Shown here: piece by piece, positions 1 to 10,146 of the stretch
How the letters are laid out: each line of letters begins with the position of its first letter
Numbering within the stretch: the first letter of the stretch is position 1
Source: Microbacteriaceae bacterium
GTDB taxonomy: Bacteria; Actinomycetota; Actinomycetes; Actinomycetales; Microbacteriaceae
Length of the DNA stretch: 64,000 nt
NCBI GenBank assembly: GCA_035556075.1
Contig: DATMFQ010000041.1
Coordinates: 11,429-75,428 of the forward strand
Direction: 5' to 3'
Program-made: the position numbers and the translations under genes
The notes under the pieces: model-generated
The model's database searches: none
What the model was told of the DNA's origin: nothing
Seen by the model: only the letters and a program-made list of their open reading frames with translations

Positions 1-839
1 ATGGGCTCGGCCGCGGCCACGGGCTCCTCGGCCGCCGCAGTCGCCATGATCGGGTTCCCCCCGGTCTGGGCGGCCTGCACGACCTGCTCGAGCAGCTGAT
101 CAAAGAGGCCAGCCACCTCGACGGCGCTGGGCCCCGGCCACAGGTGGACGGGCTGGGCCGACCCCTGCGCCTGCTGCAGCGACGAGCGCTCCGGCAACGA
201 GGGGACGAGCACGAGCGGACCGAACATGTCGTGCATCTCGCGCAGGCGGTACTGGTGCTCCGCCGAGTGCTCGCGGAACCGGTTGACGATGATCCCGAGC
301 GGCTGGAGGCGGGGGCTCAGGCCGCGCCGGATCTCCTCGATTGCGCGCAGCGCACGATCGGCAGCGGCGACCGAGAAGAGCGCGGGCTCCGTGACGAGCA
401 CGACGCGATCACTGGCGACCCACGCGGTACGGGCGAGCGCATTGAGGGTCGGTGCCGTGTCGATGAGGACGAGATCGTAGTCGGCTTCGACGAGGGCGAG
501 CGCCTCCTCGAGCTTCCAGATGTCGCGGACGGTCGGGTGTGGCGTGTCGTAGTTCGTCGCGGCCGGGGAGCCGATGAGGACGTCGACCGTGCCGGGGTGG
601 TTGCGCGTCCACCCCGAGGGTGCGATCGCGTGCCGCACGGTCTTCTCCTTGACGGCGGCGAGGACGTCGGCGATCGAGCCATGCGCGGTGAGATCCACCC
701 GCATTCCCGTCGAGGCGTCCGCCTGAGGATCGAGATCGACGACGAGGACCCGCAGCCCCCGCGAGAAGGCCGCGGAGGCGAGACCGAGCGTCACGGTCGT
801 CTTGCCGACGCCGCCTTTGAGCGAACTGACGCTGAGCAC
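1..839 (-). CDS. ParA/Soj-family P-loop ATPase (3' end runs off the window start)
   Basis: Absent from the ORF track because it has no stop codon inside the window. My own minus-strand translation from GTG at 839 gives [43 protein letters not shown]..., with the deviant Walker A KGGxGKT and the DLDPQ motif. The listed + ORF 144..854 is its antisense shadow. Confidence 0.8.
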   Translation of the reverse strand, partial: MLSVSSLKGGVGKTTVTLGLASAAFSRGLRVLVVDLDPQADASTGMRVDLTAHGSIADVLAAVKEKTVRHAIAPSGWTRNHPGTVDVLIGSPAATNYDTPHPTVRDIWKLEEALALVEADYDLVLIDTAPTLNALARTAWVASDRVVLVTEPALFSVAAADRALRAIEEIRRGLSPRLQPLGIIVNRFREHSAEHQYRLREMHDMFGPLVLVPSLPERSSLQQAQGSAQPVHLWPGPSAVEVAGLFDQLLEQVVQAAQTGGNPIMATAAAEEPVAAAEP

Positions 840-914
840 GTGCACGAGGACTGACACTACTAAACTGTCCTGAGCCCGATCGATCCACCACGCTCGAATC
901 GCGACAGGAGACTC

Positions 915-3900
915 GTGTTTCAGAAGGTGTTGGTTGCCAACCGTGGCGAGATCGCCGTCCGTGCATTCCGTGCAGCATTCGAGCTGGGCATTCGCACCGT
1001 TGCGGTGTACGCCTGGGAGGATCGCGGCTCGATCCACCGGCAGAAGGCCGACGAGGCTTACGTCATCGGGGAGCGGGGGCACCCCGTGCGCGCCTATCTC
1101 GACGTCGATGAGATCATCCGGGTCGCCAAGGAATGCGGTGCTGACGCGATCTACCCCGGTTACGGCTTTCTCTCGGAGAACAGCGACCTCGCGCGGGCTG
1201 CCGCCGAGCACGGCATCGCCTTCGTCGGGCCGGGCGCGCACGTGCTCGACATGGCCGGGGACAAGGTCGCCGCGAAACAGCATGCGATCGCGGCCGGGGT
1301 CCCTGTGCTCGACTCGAGCGAAGCCACCGACGACATCGAGGAGCTCATCGCCGCGGCCGACCGCATCGGGTTCCCCGTCTTTGCCAAGGCCGTCGCTGGC
1401 GGTGGCGGGCGCGGCATGCGGCGCGTCGAGCGGCACGACGACCTCCGGGAGGCGCTCGAGGCGGCGATGCGCGAGGCGGCCAGCGCATTCGGCGATGCCC
1501 GCATGTTCATCGAGCAGGCGGTGCTCCGGCCCCGACACATCGAGGTGCAGGTGCTCGCGGACGCCGCGGGGGAGACCGTCCATCTCTTCGAGCGTGACTG
1601 CTCGGTGCAGCGCCGCCACCAGAAAGTCGTCGAGATCGCCCCGGCGCCGAATCTCGACCCGGCGACCCGCGAGGCGTTGTATCGCGACGCGGTCGCTTTC
1701 GCCCGCTCGATCGGCTATGTCAACGCGGGGACCGTCGAATTCCTCGTCGACACGGCCGGAGAGCGCGCCGGCCAGCACGTCTTCATCGAGATGAATCCGC
1801 GGATCCAGGTCGAGCACACGATCACCGAGGAGATCACCGACGTCGACCTCGTCGTCGCGCAGCTTCGGATCGCCGCGGGGGAGACCCTGCAGTCGATGCG
1901 GCTCACGCAGGACGACATTCGGATGCACGGCACCGCGATCCAATGCCGCATCACGACCGAGGACCCCGCGCAGGACTTCCGCCCCGACACCGGACGGATC
2001 ACGACCTACCGCAGTCCCGGCGGGGCGGGCATCCGTCTCGACGGCGGGACCGTCGCCGCTGGCGTCGACGTGTCACCGCACTTCGACTCGCTGCTCGTCA
2101 AGCTCATCACCCGCGGCCGCGACTTCCCATCCGCGGTTCGGCGGGCCCGCCGTGCGCTCGCCGAGTTCCGGCTCCGGGGGGTCGCGTCGAACATCCCGTT
2201 CCTGCAGGCCGTCGTCGACGATCACGACTTCATTCTTGGTGACCTGTCCACCGCATTCATCGATGAGCGGCCGTATCTGCTCGGCGCACGCAAATCCCAG
2301 GACCGGGCCAGTCGGCTCCTGCAGTGGCTCGCCGAGGCGACGGTGAACGAGCCCTACGGGTCACGCGGCGACCTGCAGGACCCCGCGAAGAAGCTGCCGC
2401 CGCTGGACGTCACCGCGCCGCTCACTCCCGGCTCGCGCGACCGACTGCGCGAGCTCGGTCCCGAGGGCTGGGCGCGGTCGCTGCGCGAGCAGCGTCAACT
2501 CGCGGTCACCGAGACGACCTTCCGCGACGCCCACCAGTCGCTGCTGGCGACTCGGGTGCGCAGCAAGGACCTGCTGGCGGCACTGCCCGCGGTCTCCAGG
2601 CTGACCCCCCAACTGCTCAGCATCGAGGCCTGGGGCGGGGCGACCTACGACGTCGCCCTGCGATTCCTTGGCGAGGATCCGTGGGCGCGGCTCGCGGCGA
2701 TGCGCGAGGCGCTGCCGAATGTGGCGATCCAGATGCTGCTGCGGGGGCGCAACACGGTCGGCTACACCCCATACCCGCAGGCGGTGACCGAGGCGTTCGT
2801 GCGCGAGGCCGCCGGGACCGGGGTCGATATCTTCCGCATTTTTGACGCGCTCAACGACGTCACGCAGATGCGCCCGGCGATCGACGCGGTGCTCGCGACC
2901 GGCACGGCGGTCGCGGAGGGCGCGATGAGCTACACGGGTGACCTCCTCGACCCCGCCGAGGACCTGTACACGCTCGACTACTGGCTGCGGCTCGCCGATG
3001 ACCTCGTTGCCTCCGGCGTGCACGTGCTCGGCATCAAGGACATGGCGGGCCTGCTCCGGCCCGAGGCGGCGGCGCGGCTCGTTACCGCCCTCCGGGAGCG
3101 CTTCGACGTCCCCGTCCACGTGCACACGCACGACACGGCTGGTGGGCAGCTGGCGACGCTGCTCGCGGCGGCGGCCGCGGGGGCGGATGCTGTCGACGCA
3201 GCGAGCGCGCCCATGGCCGGCACGACGTCGCAGCCCTCGCTCTCGGCGCTTGTCGCCGCGCTCGCGCACACTGAACGCGACACGGGGATCTCACTCGAGG
3301 CAGTCGGCTCGCTCGAGCCGTACTGGGAGGCGGTGCGGGCCATGTACCGGCCGTTCGAGTCCGGCCTGCCCGGGCCGACCGGCCGCGTCTACCACCACGA
3401 GATCCCTGGCGGGCAGCTGTCGAACCTTCGGCAGCAGGCGATCGCCGTCGGGCAGGGGCACAACTTCGAGGCCGTCGAGGAGTACTACGCGGCGGCCGAC
3501 CGGATCCTCGGGCGCATCCCGAAGGTGACGCCGTCCTCGAAGGTCGTCGGCGACCTCGCCCTCGCACTCGCGGCGGCGAATGCGGATGTCGCGGACTTTG
3601 AGGCGAACCCCCAGCAGTACGACATCCCGGCGAGCGTCATCGGCTTCCTCGCCGGCGAGCTCGGCGACCCGCCTGGCGGCTGGCCGGAGCCGTTCCGGAC
3701 GAAGGCGCTAGGCGGTCGGGAGGTTGCCGTCGGCCCCGCCCCGCTCACCGCCGAGGACGAGGCCGAGCTTGCCGGGGATGCGCCGACGCGCCGTGCCGCG
3801 CTCAACCGACTGCTCTTCCCCGGCCCGACCCGTACCTACCTGCAGTGGCGGGATGCCTACGGGGACCTCAGCGTGCTCGACACGCTCGACTACCTGTACG

Positions 3901-4313
3901 GCCTCGCGCCCGACGTCGAGCACATCGTCCCGCTCGAGCGCGGCGTCAACCTCTTCGTCGGGCTCGAAGCGATCGGCGAGCCCGACTCGAAGGGCATGCG
4001 CACCGTCATGCTGACGCTCAACGGCCAGTTGCGGCCGGTGTCCGTGCGGGACCAGCGGATCGAGGTCGAGGCGAAGGCCGCCGAGAAGGCGGACCCGAGC
4101 GTGCCCGGCCAGGTCGCCGCCCCGTTCAGCGGTGTCGTCACGGTCAAGGTCGAGCCTGGCCAGCAGGTGACGGCCGGTCAGCAGCTCGCCGTCATCGAGG
4201 CGATGAAGATGGAGGCCGCGATCACCGCGCCGGTCGCCGGGGTTGTCCGCCGGGTCGCGATCTCGGCCACCGCGCGGGTCGAGGCCGGTGACCTGCTTGT
4301 TGAGCTCGGATAA
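915..4313 (+). CDS. pyc: Pyruvate carboxylase (biotin carboxylase + carboxyltransferase + biotinyl domains)
   Basis: 1132 aa. N-terminus KVLVANRGEIAVRAFRA (biotin carboxylase/ATP-grasp), central carboxyltransferase region, and C-terminal biotin attachment motif EAMKME. Confidence 0.95.
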   Translation: MFQKVLVANRGEIAVRAFRAAFELGIRTVAVYAWEDRGSIHRQKADEAYVIGERGHPVRAYLDVDEIIRVAKECGADAIYPGYGFLSENSDLARAAAEHGIAFVGPGAHVLDMAGDKVAAKQHAIAAGVPVLDSSEATDDIEELIAAADRIGFPVFAKAVAGGGGRGMRRVERHDDLREALEAAMREAASAFGDARMFIEQAVLRPRHIEVQVLADAAGETVHLFERDCSVQRRHQKVVEIAPAPNLDPATREALYRDAVAFARSIGYVNAGTVEFLVDTAGERAGQHVFIEMNPRIQVEHTITEEITDVDLVVAQLRIAAGETLQSMRLTQDDIRMHGTAIQCRITTEDPAQDFRPDTGRITTYRSPGGAGIRLDGGTVAAGVDVSPHFDSLLVKLITRGRDFPSAVRRARRALAEFRLRGVASNIPFLQAVVDDHDFILGDLSTAFIDERPYLLGARKSQDRASRLLQWLAEATVNEPYGSRGDLQDPAKKLPPLDVTAPLTPGSRDRLRELGPEGWARSLREQRQLAVTETTFRDAHQSLLATRVRSKDLLAALPAVSRLTPQLLSIEAWGGATYDVALRFLGEDPWARLAAMREALPNVAIQMLLRGRNTVGYTPYPQAVTEAFVREAAGTGVDIFRIFDALNDVTQMRPAIDAVLATGTAVAEGAMSYTGDLLDPAEDLYTLDYWLRLADDLVASGVHVLGIKDMAGLLRPEAAARLVTALRERFDVPVHVHTHDTAGGQLATLLAAAAAGADAVDAASAPMAGTTSQPSLSALVAALAHTERDTGISLEAVGSLEPYWEAVRAMYRPFESGLPGPTGRVYHHEIPGGQLSNLRQQAIAVGQGHNFEAVEEYYAAADRILGRIPKVTPSSKVVGDLALALAAANADVADFEANPQQYDIPASVIGFLAGELGDPPGGWPEPFRTKALGGREVAVGPAPLTAEDEAELAGDAPTRRAALNRLLFPGPTRTYLQWRDAYGDLSVLDTLDYLYGLAPDVEHIVPLERGVNLFVGLEAIGEPDSKGMRTVMLTLNGQLRPVSVRDQRIEVEAKAAEKADPSVPGQVAAPFSGVVTVKVEPGQQVTAGQQLAVIEAMKMEAAITAPVAGVVRRVAISATARVEAGDLLVELG

Positions 4314-4386
4314 GTCCCCGCAGCGGCAGAATCGCGCGGGTGCGCCCCGCTCGGTAGACTGACCGCGCTCGAAAGGAGGCCTCCGG

Positions 4387-5541
4387 ATGGCGTCACCAAG
4401 TGACAACTCGACGAAGAAGGTCGACACCGACCCGATCATCACCATTGACCTCCCGGAGACGGTGCACGAGACGCCAGCCGACGAGGCGGCGGTCGCCATT
4501 GACGATGTCGCCGTCGACCCTGTCCTGGCCAAGCCCGTCGAGCAGGTCCCGACGACGACGGTGACGCTCACCGCCGCCGACGTCGCCGCGGCCCCTGAGA
4601 CGCCGGCCGACCTCACCCTTGACCGGCTCGTGAGCCCTCGCGCGAAGGCGAAGCGGAAGCCGCCGGAGGGGGCCTGGCAGCGAGTCGTCTACGAGGCGAG
4701 CCTCCACCTCGTCCATCCCGGCGACTCCGTCCCGGTGCGCGAGCGCAAGGAGCTCGAGTCCCGGATCAGCCGCCGCCTCGACGGACCCACCCGATTCGTC
4801 GCGGTGCTGTCCCGCAAGGGTGGCGTCGGCAAGACGACCGTCTCGACGCTGCTCGGCCAGGCGCTCGCCGCCATTCGTGAGGACCGCATCATCGCGATCG
4901 ACGCGAACCCGGACCGGGGCACCCTTGCCGAGCGCATCACGAAGACGACGGACGCGACCAGTCGCACGCTCGTCGACGAGCGCGACGAGATCCAGGCGTT
5001 CAGCGACTTCCAGCAGCGGGTGTCTCGCGACCTGTCCAGACTCGACGTGCTCGCCTCCGACCACGACCCGAACCTCCTCAAGGAGTTCGACGAGGAGGAC
5101 TACAACATCGTCGCGGAGCTCGCGAAGCGCTTCTACTCGATCGTCCTCACCGACTGCGGCACCGGGATGGTCCACTCGGTCATGAAGGCGACCCTCGACC
5201 GCGCCGACCAGCTCGTGCTCGTCTCGGGCGGCTCGATCGACGAGGCGCGCCTGACCTCGGAGACGATCTCGTGGCTCGAGGCGAACGGTTACGAGGACCT
5301 CGCGAGGAATGCGGTGGTCGCCCTCAACACCTCGACGCACGGCACGAATCTGGTGCGGCTCGAGGAGATCGAGGATCACTTCGCCTCGCGCGTGCGCGAG
5401 ATCGTGCGCATCCCCTACGACCCGCAGTTGGCCACGGGCGCGACGATCCGCTTCGAGGCGCTCAAGCCGCTCACGCAGGACTCGGTGCGGCTCCTCGCCG
5501 CGGCGGTCGTCGACGGTCTGCCCGACCGCGACGAGGCCTGA
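4387..5541 (+). CDS. MinD/ParA-family ATPase with a long acidic, Pro/Thr/Val-rich N-terminal extension (actinobacterial Rv1708/EspI-like type)
   Basis: [24 protein letters not shown] Walker A followed by [13 protein letters not shown]. About 140 aa of low-complexity sequence precede the ATPase core. Confidence 0.8.
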   Translation: MASPSDNSTKKVDTDPIITIDLPETVHETPADEAAVAIDDVAVDPVLAKPVEQVPTTTVTLTAADVAAAPETPADLTLDRLVSPRAKAKRKPPEGAWQRVVYEASLHLVHPGDSVPVRERKELESRISRRLDGPTRFVAVLSRKGGVGKTTVSTLLGQALAAIREDRIIAIDANPDRGTLAERITKTTDATSRTLVDERDEIQAFSDFQQRVSRDLSRLDVLASDHDPNLLKEFDEEDYNIVAELAKRFYSIVLTDCGTGMVHSVMKATLDRADQLVLVSGGSIDEARLTSETISWLEANGYEDLARNAVVALNTSTHGTNLVRLEEIEDHFASRVREIVRIPYDPQLATGATIRFEALKPLTQDSVRLLAAAVVDGLPDRDEA

Positions 5542-5548
5542 CGCCCGG

Positions 5549-6040
5549 ATGACCGTCCGGGAGATCCGGCGTTTCGGCGATCCGGTGCTGCGCAGCGCCT
5601 GCGATCCGGTGCGTCTTGGCGCGCCAGGGAACGCTGCGCTCGTCGAGGACCTCCTCGACACGGTGCAGGTGCCGGGCCGCGCCGGTGTCGCGGCGAACCA
5701 GATCGGGGTCTCGCTCCGTGCATTCAGCTGGCTCGTCGACGGCGAGCTCGGCTACCTTCTCAATCCGGTGCTCGTCGAGGTGCGCGGTGAGCCCGTGCCC
5801 GTCGACGAGGGCTGCCTTTCGGTGCCGGGGCTCGGCTACCCGAGGCTGCGGCATCCGTGGGCGCGGGTCGAGGGCATTGATCTCGACGGCAACGCACTCG
5901 TCGTCGAGGGTGAGGGCCTCATGGCGCAGATGCTCCAACACGAATGCGACCACCTCGATGGTCACCTCTACATCGAGGGCCTCGAGCCCGAGGTGAAGCG
6001 CGAAGCGCTCCGCGAGATCCGCGCCGCGTCCTGGTATTAA
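5549..6040 (+). CDS. def: Peptide deformylase (copy 1, 163 aa)
   Basis: Start trimmed from ORF 5309..6040 to the in-frame ATG giving [14 protein letters not shown]. All three PDF motifs are present: [26 protein letters not shown]. Confidence 0.9.
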   Translation: MTVREIRRFGDPVLRSACDPVRLGAPGNAALVEDLLDTVQVPGRAGVAANQIGVSLRAFSWLVDGELGYLLNPVLVEVRGEPVPVDEGCLSVPGLGYPRLRHPWARVEGIDLDGNALVVEGEGLMAQMLQHECDHLDGHLYIEGLEPEVKREALREIRAASWY

Positions 6041-6046
6041 GGGACG

Positions 6047-7879
6047 TCACCCGAGCGGGGTGGCGGTCGTGATCGTCGCCTCGTGCGTCGGCGCGTAGAG
6101 GTCCTCGATCACCTGCGCGAAGTCCTGCAGGATGACGTGGCGCTTGATCGACATCTTCGGCGTGAGGTGGCCGCTCGCCTCGGTGAACTGCGTCGGCAGC
6201 ACCACGAATTTGCGGACCTGCTCCGCTCGGGACACCGACGCATTCGCCAGATCTACCGCGCGCTGCACCTCGGCGAGCACCTTCGGGTGCTTCGCCGCGA
6301 CCGCGAGGGGCATCTGGGCATCCTCGCCCTGATTGTGGAGCCACACCGGCAGCATCTCCTCGTCGAGGGTGATGAGCGCGCCGACGAAGGGTCGCCGGTC
6401 ACCGACGACGACGACCTGGCCGACGATCGGGTTGGCTCGGATCGGATCCTCGAGTGCGGCGGGCGAGATGTTCTTGCCGCCCGCGGTGATGATGAGCTCC
6501 TTCTTGCGCCCCGTGATCGTCACGAAGCCGTCCTCATCGATCGAGCCGATGTCGCCGGTCTTGAACCACTCGCCGTCGAACGACTCGGCGGTCGCCGCCG
6601 GGTTGTTCCAGTACTCCTGGAAGACGCAGATCCCTCGGACCTCGAGCTCATCGTCCGCGCCGAGGCGCACCGCGTTCCCGGGCAGCGGGAGGCCGACGGT
6701 GCCGATCTTGCTCTTCGACGGGATGTTGACGGTGACGGGCGCGGTCGTCTCGGTGAGGCCCCAGCCCTCGAGGACCTTGACGCCGACCGAGTTGAAGAAG
6801 TGGCCGAGCCGGAGCCCGAGCGGGGCCGACCCGGAGATCGCGTACTCGACGCGGCCGCCGAGCGCCGCGCGGAGCTTCGACAGGACGAGACGGTCGAAGA
6901 GCTTGAACTTCAGGCGCAGCCCGAGCGGCACGTGCCCGGCCTCGACCGCCTTCGAATGCGCGACCGCCACGTCCGCCGCGGCACGGAAGATTTTGCCCTT
7001 GCCACCGCCCTCCGCCTTCTGCTCCGCCGAGTTGTAGACCTTCTCGAAGACGCGGGGGACCGCGAGGAGGAACGTCGGCTTGAAGCTTCCAAGCGACTCG
7101 ACGAGCTTGGACGTGTCGGGCTGGTGACCGATCTTGGACCCGCTCACGATGCCGAGCACGGAGATGAATCGGGCGAAGACATGGGCGAGTGTGATGAAGA
7201 GGACGGTGCTCGCGTCCGGGTTGAGCACCTCGGGGAAGGCGACCGTCGCATTCCTCGCCAGCTCGACGAAGTTCGCGTGCGTCAGCACGACCCCCTTCGG
7301 CTTGCCCGTGGAGCCGGAGGTGTAGATGAGGGTCGCGAGATCCTCCCCATTGGCGAGGGTGCGTCGGCGCTCGACCTCCTCGTCCGGGACGGCCACGCCC
7401 TGCTGCTTGAGCTTGTCGATCGCGCCAAGGTCGAGCTGCCACGTGGTGCGCACGAGCGGCAGGTCGGCCCGGACCTCGTCGAAGCGGGCGAAGTGCTCGG
7501 TCGTCTCGAATATCGCGGCGATGGCACCGGAATCCTCGAGGTACCACTTGATCTGGGAGGGCGCGCTCGTCTCATAGATCGGCACCATCGTCGCCCCGGC
7601 GAACCAGATCGCGAAGTCGATGAGGGTCCACTCGTAGCTCGTCTTCGCGAGGAATCCGATCTTGTCACCGGGCTCGATGCCCGCGGCGATGAGCCCCTTG
7701 GCGACCTCGATGACCTCCGTGTGGAATTCGCGCGAGGTCACGTCCCGCCAGCCGCCCTGCCCGTCGGGCACGGCGAACAGCGCGCGATCGGGGGTCGCGC
7801 GCACCCGGTCGATGAGGAGGTCGGTGGCATTCGCACTCGGGTCAGCGGCGACAATGGCGGGGACGTCGATCTCCTGCAC
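6047..7879 (-). CDS. fadD: Long-chain fatty-acid--CoA ligase (AMP-binding enzyme, FadD15-like)
   Basis: AMP-binding signature YTSGSTGKPKGV. Start trimmed to GTG at 7879 (VQEIDVPAIV), which is preceded by AAGGAG on the minus strand. The longer ORF reaching 8089 adds an Arg/Pro/His-rich unconserved extension. Confidence 0.88.
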   Translation of the reverse strand: MQEIDVPAIVAADPSANATDLLIDRVRATPDRALFAVPDGQGGWRDVTSREFHTEVIEVAKGLIAAGIEPGDKIGFLAKTSYEWTLIDFAIWFAGATMVPIYETSAPSQIKWYLEDSGAIAAIFETTEHFARFDEVRADLPLVRTTWQLDLGAIDKLKQQGVAVPDEEVERRRTLANGEDLATLIYTSGSTGKPKGVVLTHANFVELARNATVAFPEVLNPDASTVLFITLAHVFARFISVLGIVSGSKIGHQPDTSKLVESLGSFKPTFLLAVPRVFEKVYNSAEQKAEGGGKGKIFRAAADVAVAHSKAVEAGHVPLGLRLKFKLFDRLVLSKLRAALGGRVEYAISGSAPLGLRLGHFFNSVGVKVLEGWGLTETTAPVTVNIPSKSKIGTVGLPLPGNAVRLGADDELEVRGICVFQEYWNNPAATAESFDGEWFKTGDIGSIDEDGFVTITGRKKELIITAGGKNISPAALEDPIRANPIVGQVVVVGDRRPFVGALITLDEEMLPVWLHNQGEDAQMPLAVAAKHPKVLAEVQRAVDLANASVSRAEQVRKFVVLPTQFTEASGHLTPKMSIKRHVILQDFAQVIEDLYAPTHEATITTATPLG

Positions 7880-7957
7880 GGTGGCTCCTTCGGGTGGACA
7901 CGTCGGTGTGTGTGGACATTCTAGGTCGGCTGTCAGCAGCGCCGGGGGCCGACTAGA

Positions 7958-8650
7958 TTGGTCGTCGTGTTGTGGTGGCTCCTGAAGCACGTCCTCGTGG
8001 GGCCGATGCTGTGGACCGTGTATCGGCCGGCGGTGTCGGGGGTCGAGCACGTGCCGCACGACGGACCGGCGATCATCGTCGGCAACCACATCGGCTTCCT
8101 CGATTCCGTTTTCATGCCGCTCGTCATCGACCGTCGCGTCTACTTCCTTGCGAAGAGTGACTACTTCACGGGGCGCGGCCTGCGCGGCTGGATCACCCGG
8201 ATGTTCTTCCTCGGCATCGGACAGCTGCCGATCGACCGCTCCGGCGGCAAGGCCTCGGAGGCCTCGCTCAACAGCGGGCTCGAGGTCCTCGCCCGCGGCG
8301 AGATCCTCGGGATCTACCCCGAGGGCACGCGCAGCCCCGACGGTCGGCTCTACCGCGGGCGCACGGGTGTCGCCCGGATGATCCTCGAGACCGGGGTGCC
8401 GGTCATCCCCGTCGTCGTGTGGGGCACCGACAAGGCGCTGCCGATTGGCGCGAAGCTGCCGAAGGTCGGGAAGGTCGGCGTCGCCTTCGGGGAGCCGATG
8501 GACTTCTCACGGTACGCGGGGCTCGAATCCGACCGCTTCGTGCTGCGGTCGGTGACCGACGAGATCATGTACGAGTTGCAGCGACTATCGGGTCAGGAAT
8601 ACGTCGACGTCTACGCCACGAGCGTCAAAGCGAGGGCGGCGGCCCGGTGA
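7958..8650 (+). CDS. plsC: 1-acyl-sn-glycerol-3-phosphate acyltransferase
   Basis: Acyltransferase motifs NHIGFLD (HxxxxD) and YPEGTRS. TTG start at 7958; the exact start is uncertain. Confidence 0.85.
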   Translation: MVVVLWWLLKHVLVGPMLWTVYRPAVSGVEHVPHDGPAIIVGNHIGFLDSVFMPLVIDRRVYFLAKSDYFTGRGLRGWITRMFFLGIGQLPIDRSGGKASEASLNSGLEVLARGEILGIYPEGTRSPDGRLYRGRTGVARMILETGVPVIPVVVWGTDKALPIGAKLPKVGKVGVAFGEPMDFSRYAGLESDRFVLRSVTDEIMYELQRLSGQEYVDVYATSVKARAAAR

Positions 8651-8677
8651 GCCTCGGCACAGCGGAGCCGAGTAGGC

Positions 8678-10057
8678 TTGTCCGCCGTGTCCGACATTCC
8701 TGAGCCCGTCATCAGCGCCGACCCCGAGGTCCTCGCTGGGCTCGACTATTGGCGGAGCCTGCCGATCCGGCAGCAGCCGGCCTGGGGGGATCCGGAGCAC
8801 GCCGCCGAGGTGAGCGCGAGGCTCGCCGGGCTGCCACCGCTCGTCTTCGCCGGCGAGGCCGACAACCTGCGCGCGCGACTGGGCGTCGCGGCCGCGGGTG
8901 ACGCATTCGTCCTGCAGGGTGGCGACTGCGCCGAGACCTTCGCCGGGGCGACGGCCGACAAGATCCGCAACCGCCTCAAGACGCTGCTGCAGATGGCGGT
9001 CGTGCTCACCTATGGCGCGTCGAAGCCCGTCGTGAAGATGGGGCGGATGGCCGGGCAATTCGCGAAGCCGCGCTCGAGCGACACGGAGACCCGTGGCGAC
9101 GTGACGCTGCCGGCCTACCGCGGGGACATCGTCAACGGCTACGACTTCACACCGGAGTCGCGCGCGGCCGACCCGAGCCGGATGCTCGAGGCCTACCACA
9201 CCTCCGCCTCGACCCTGAATCTCATGCGCGCCTTCACACAGGGTGGTTTCGCCGACCTCCGCGAGGTGCACTCGTGGAATCGCGGCTTCGCGGCGAAGCC
9301 GATCATGGGCCGCTACGAGAAACTCGCGGCGGAGATCGACCGCGCCATCAAGTTCATGGCGGCGGCGGGTGCCTACTCGGACGATCTGCGCCGCACGGAC
9401 GTGTGGAGCGCGCACGAGGGACTGCTCATGGACTACGAGCGGGCGATGACGCGCATCGACTCCCGCACCGGTCTGCCGTACGACACCTCCGCGCATTTCC
9501 TCTGGATCGGGGAGCGCACGCGGGCGCTCGACGAGGCCCACGTCGACTTCTTCTCCCGGGTGCGCAACCCCATCGGGGTCAAGCTCGGGCCGACGACCGA
9601 CGCGGAGACGATTTTCCGCCTCCTCGACCAGCTCGACCCCGAGCGGGAGCCCGGCCGCCTCACGTTCATCACTCGAATGGGGGCGGGCAAGATCCGCGAG
9701 AAGCTGCCGCCGCTCCTCGAGGCGATGAAGGCCGAGGGCTCCATGCCGGTCTGGATCACCGACCCGATGCACGGCAATGGGCTCACGACGCCGAACGGCT
9801 ACAAGACCCGCCGGTTCGAGGACGTCGTCGACGAGGTGCAGGGTTTCTTCGAGGCGCACAAGGCGGTCGGCACTGTGCCCGGCGGCATCCACGTCGAGCT
9901 CACCGGCGATGACGTCACCGAGTGCCTGGGCGGCGCGGAGCAGATCGACGAGGCGACCCTCGCGACGCGCTACGAGTCGCTGTGCGACCCGCGGCTCAAC
10001 CACATGCAGTCACTCGAGCTCGCCTTCCTCGTTGCTGAGGAGCTCGCGGCGTTCTGA
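8678..10057 (+). CDS. aroG: Class II 3-deoxy-7-phosphoheptulonate (DAHP) synthase
   Basis: 459 aa with N-terminal LPIRQQPAWGDPEH and overall length and composition typical of class II DAHP synthases. The start may be TTG 8678 or GTG 8687. Confidence 0.88.
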   Translation: MSAVSDIPEPVISADPEVLAGLDYWRSLPIRQQPAWGDPEHAAEVSARLAGLPPLVFAGEADNLRARLGVAAAGDAFVLQGGDCAETFAGATADKIRNRLKTLLQMAVVLTYGASKPVVKMGRMAGQFAKPRSSDTETRGDVTLPAYRGDIVNGYDFTPESRAADPSRMLEAYHTSASTLNLMRAFTQGGFADLREVHSWNRGFAAKPIMGRYEKLAAEIDRAIKFMAAAGAYSDDLRRTDVWSAHEGLLMDYERAMTRIDSRTGLPYDTSAHFLWIGERTRALDEAHVDFFSRVRNPIGVKLGPTTDAETIFRLLDQLDPEREPGRLTFITRMGAGKIREKLPPLLEAMKAEGSMPVWITDPMHGNGLTTPNGYKTRRFEDVVDEVQGFFEAHKAVGTVPGGIHVELTGDDVTECLGGAEQIDEATLATRYESLCDPRLNHMQSLELAFLVAEELAAF

Positions 10058-10146
10058 GCCGGCACTGAGCAAGGTGGTTTCGCCGAGGAAAGGCGGAATC
10101 GGCTGGGACACACCTCGCCTCGGGCGATTCGCCTTGTTTCGGCCGA

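Noticed and set aside
144-854. The + strand ORF of 236 aa at the window start.
   Set aside because: It is the antisense shadow of a ParA-type ATPase on the minus strand ([13 protein letters not shown]). The track omits that gene because it has no stop codon in the window.
4314-4386. A 6C-type small RNA next to the MinD-like gene, by analogy with the mycobacterial 6C/B11 locus beside Rv3660c.
   Set aside because: No pair of hairpins with C-rich loops occurs in this spacer or after the gene. Only weak GC stems (CCCGC/GCGGG) are present.
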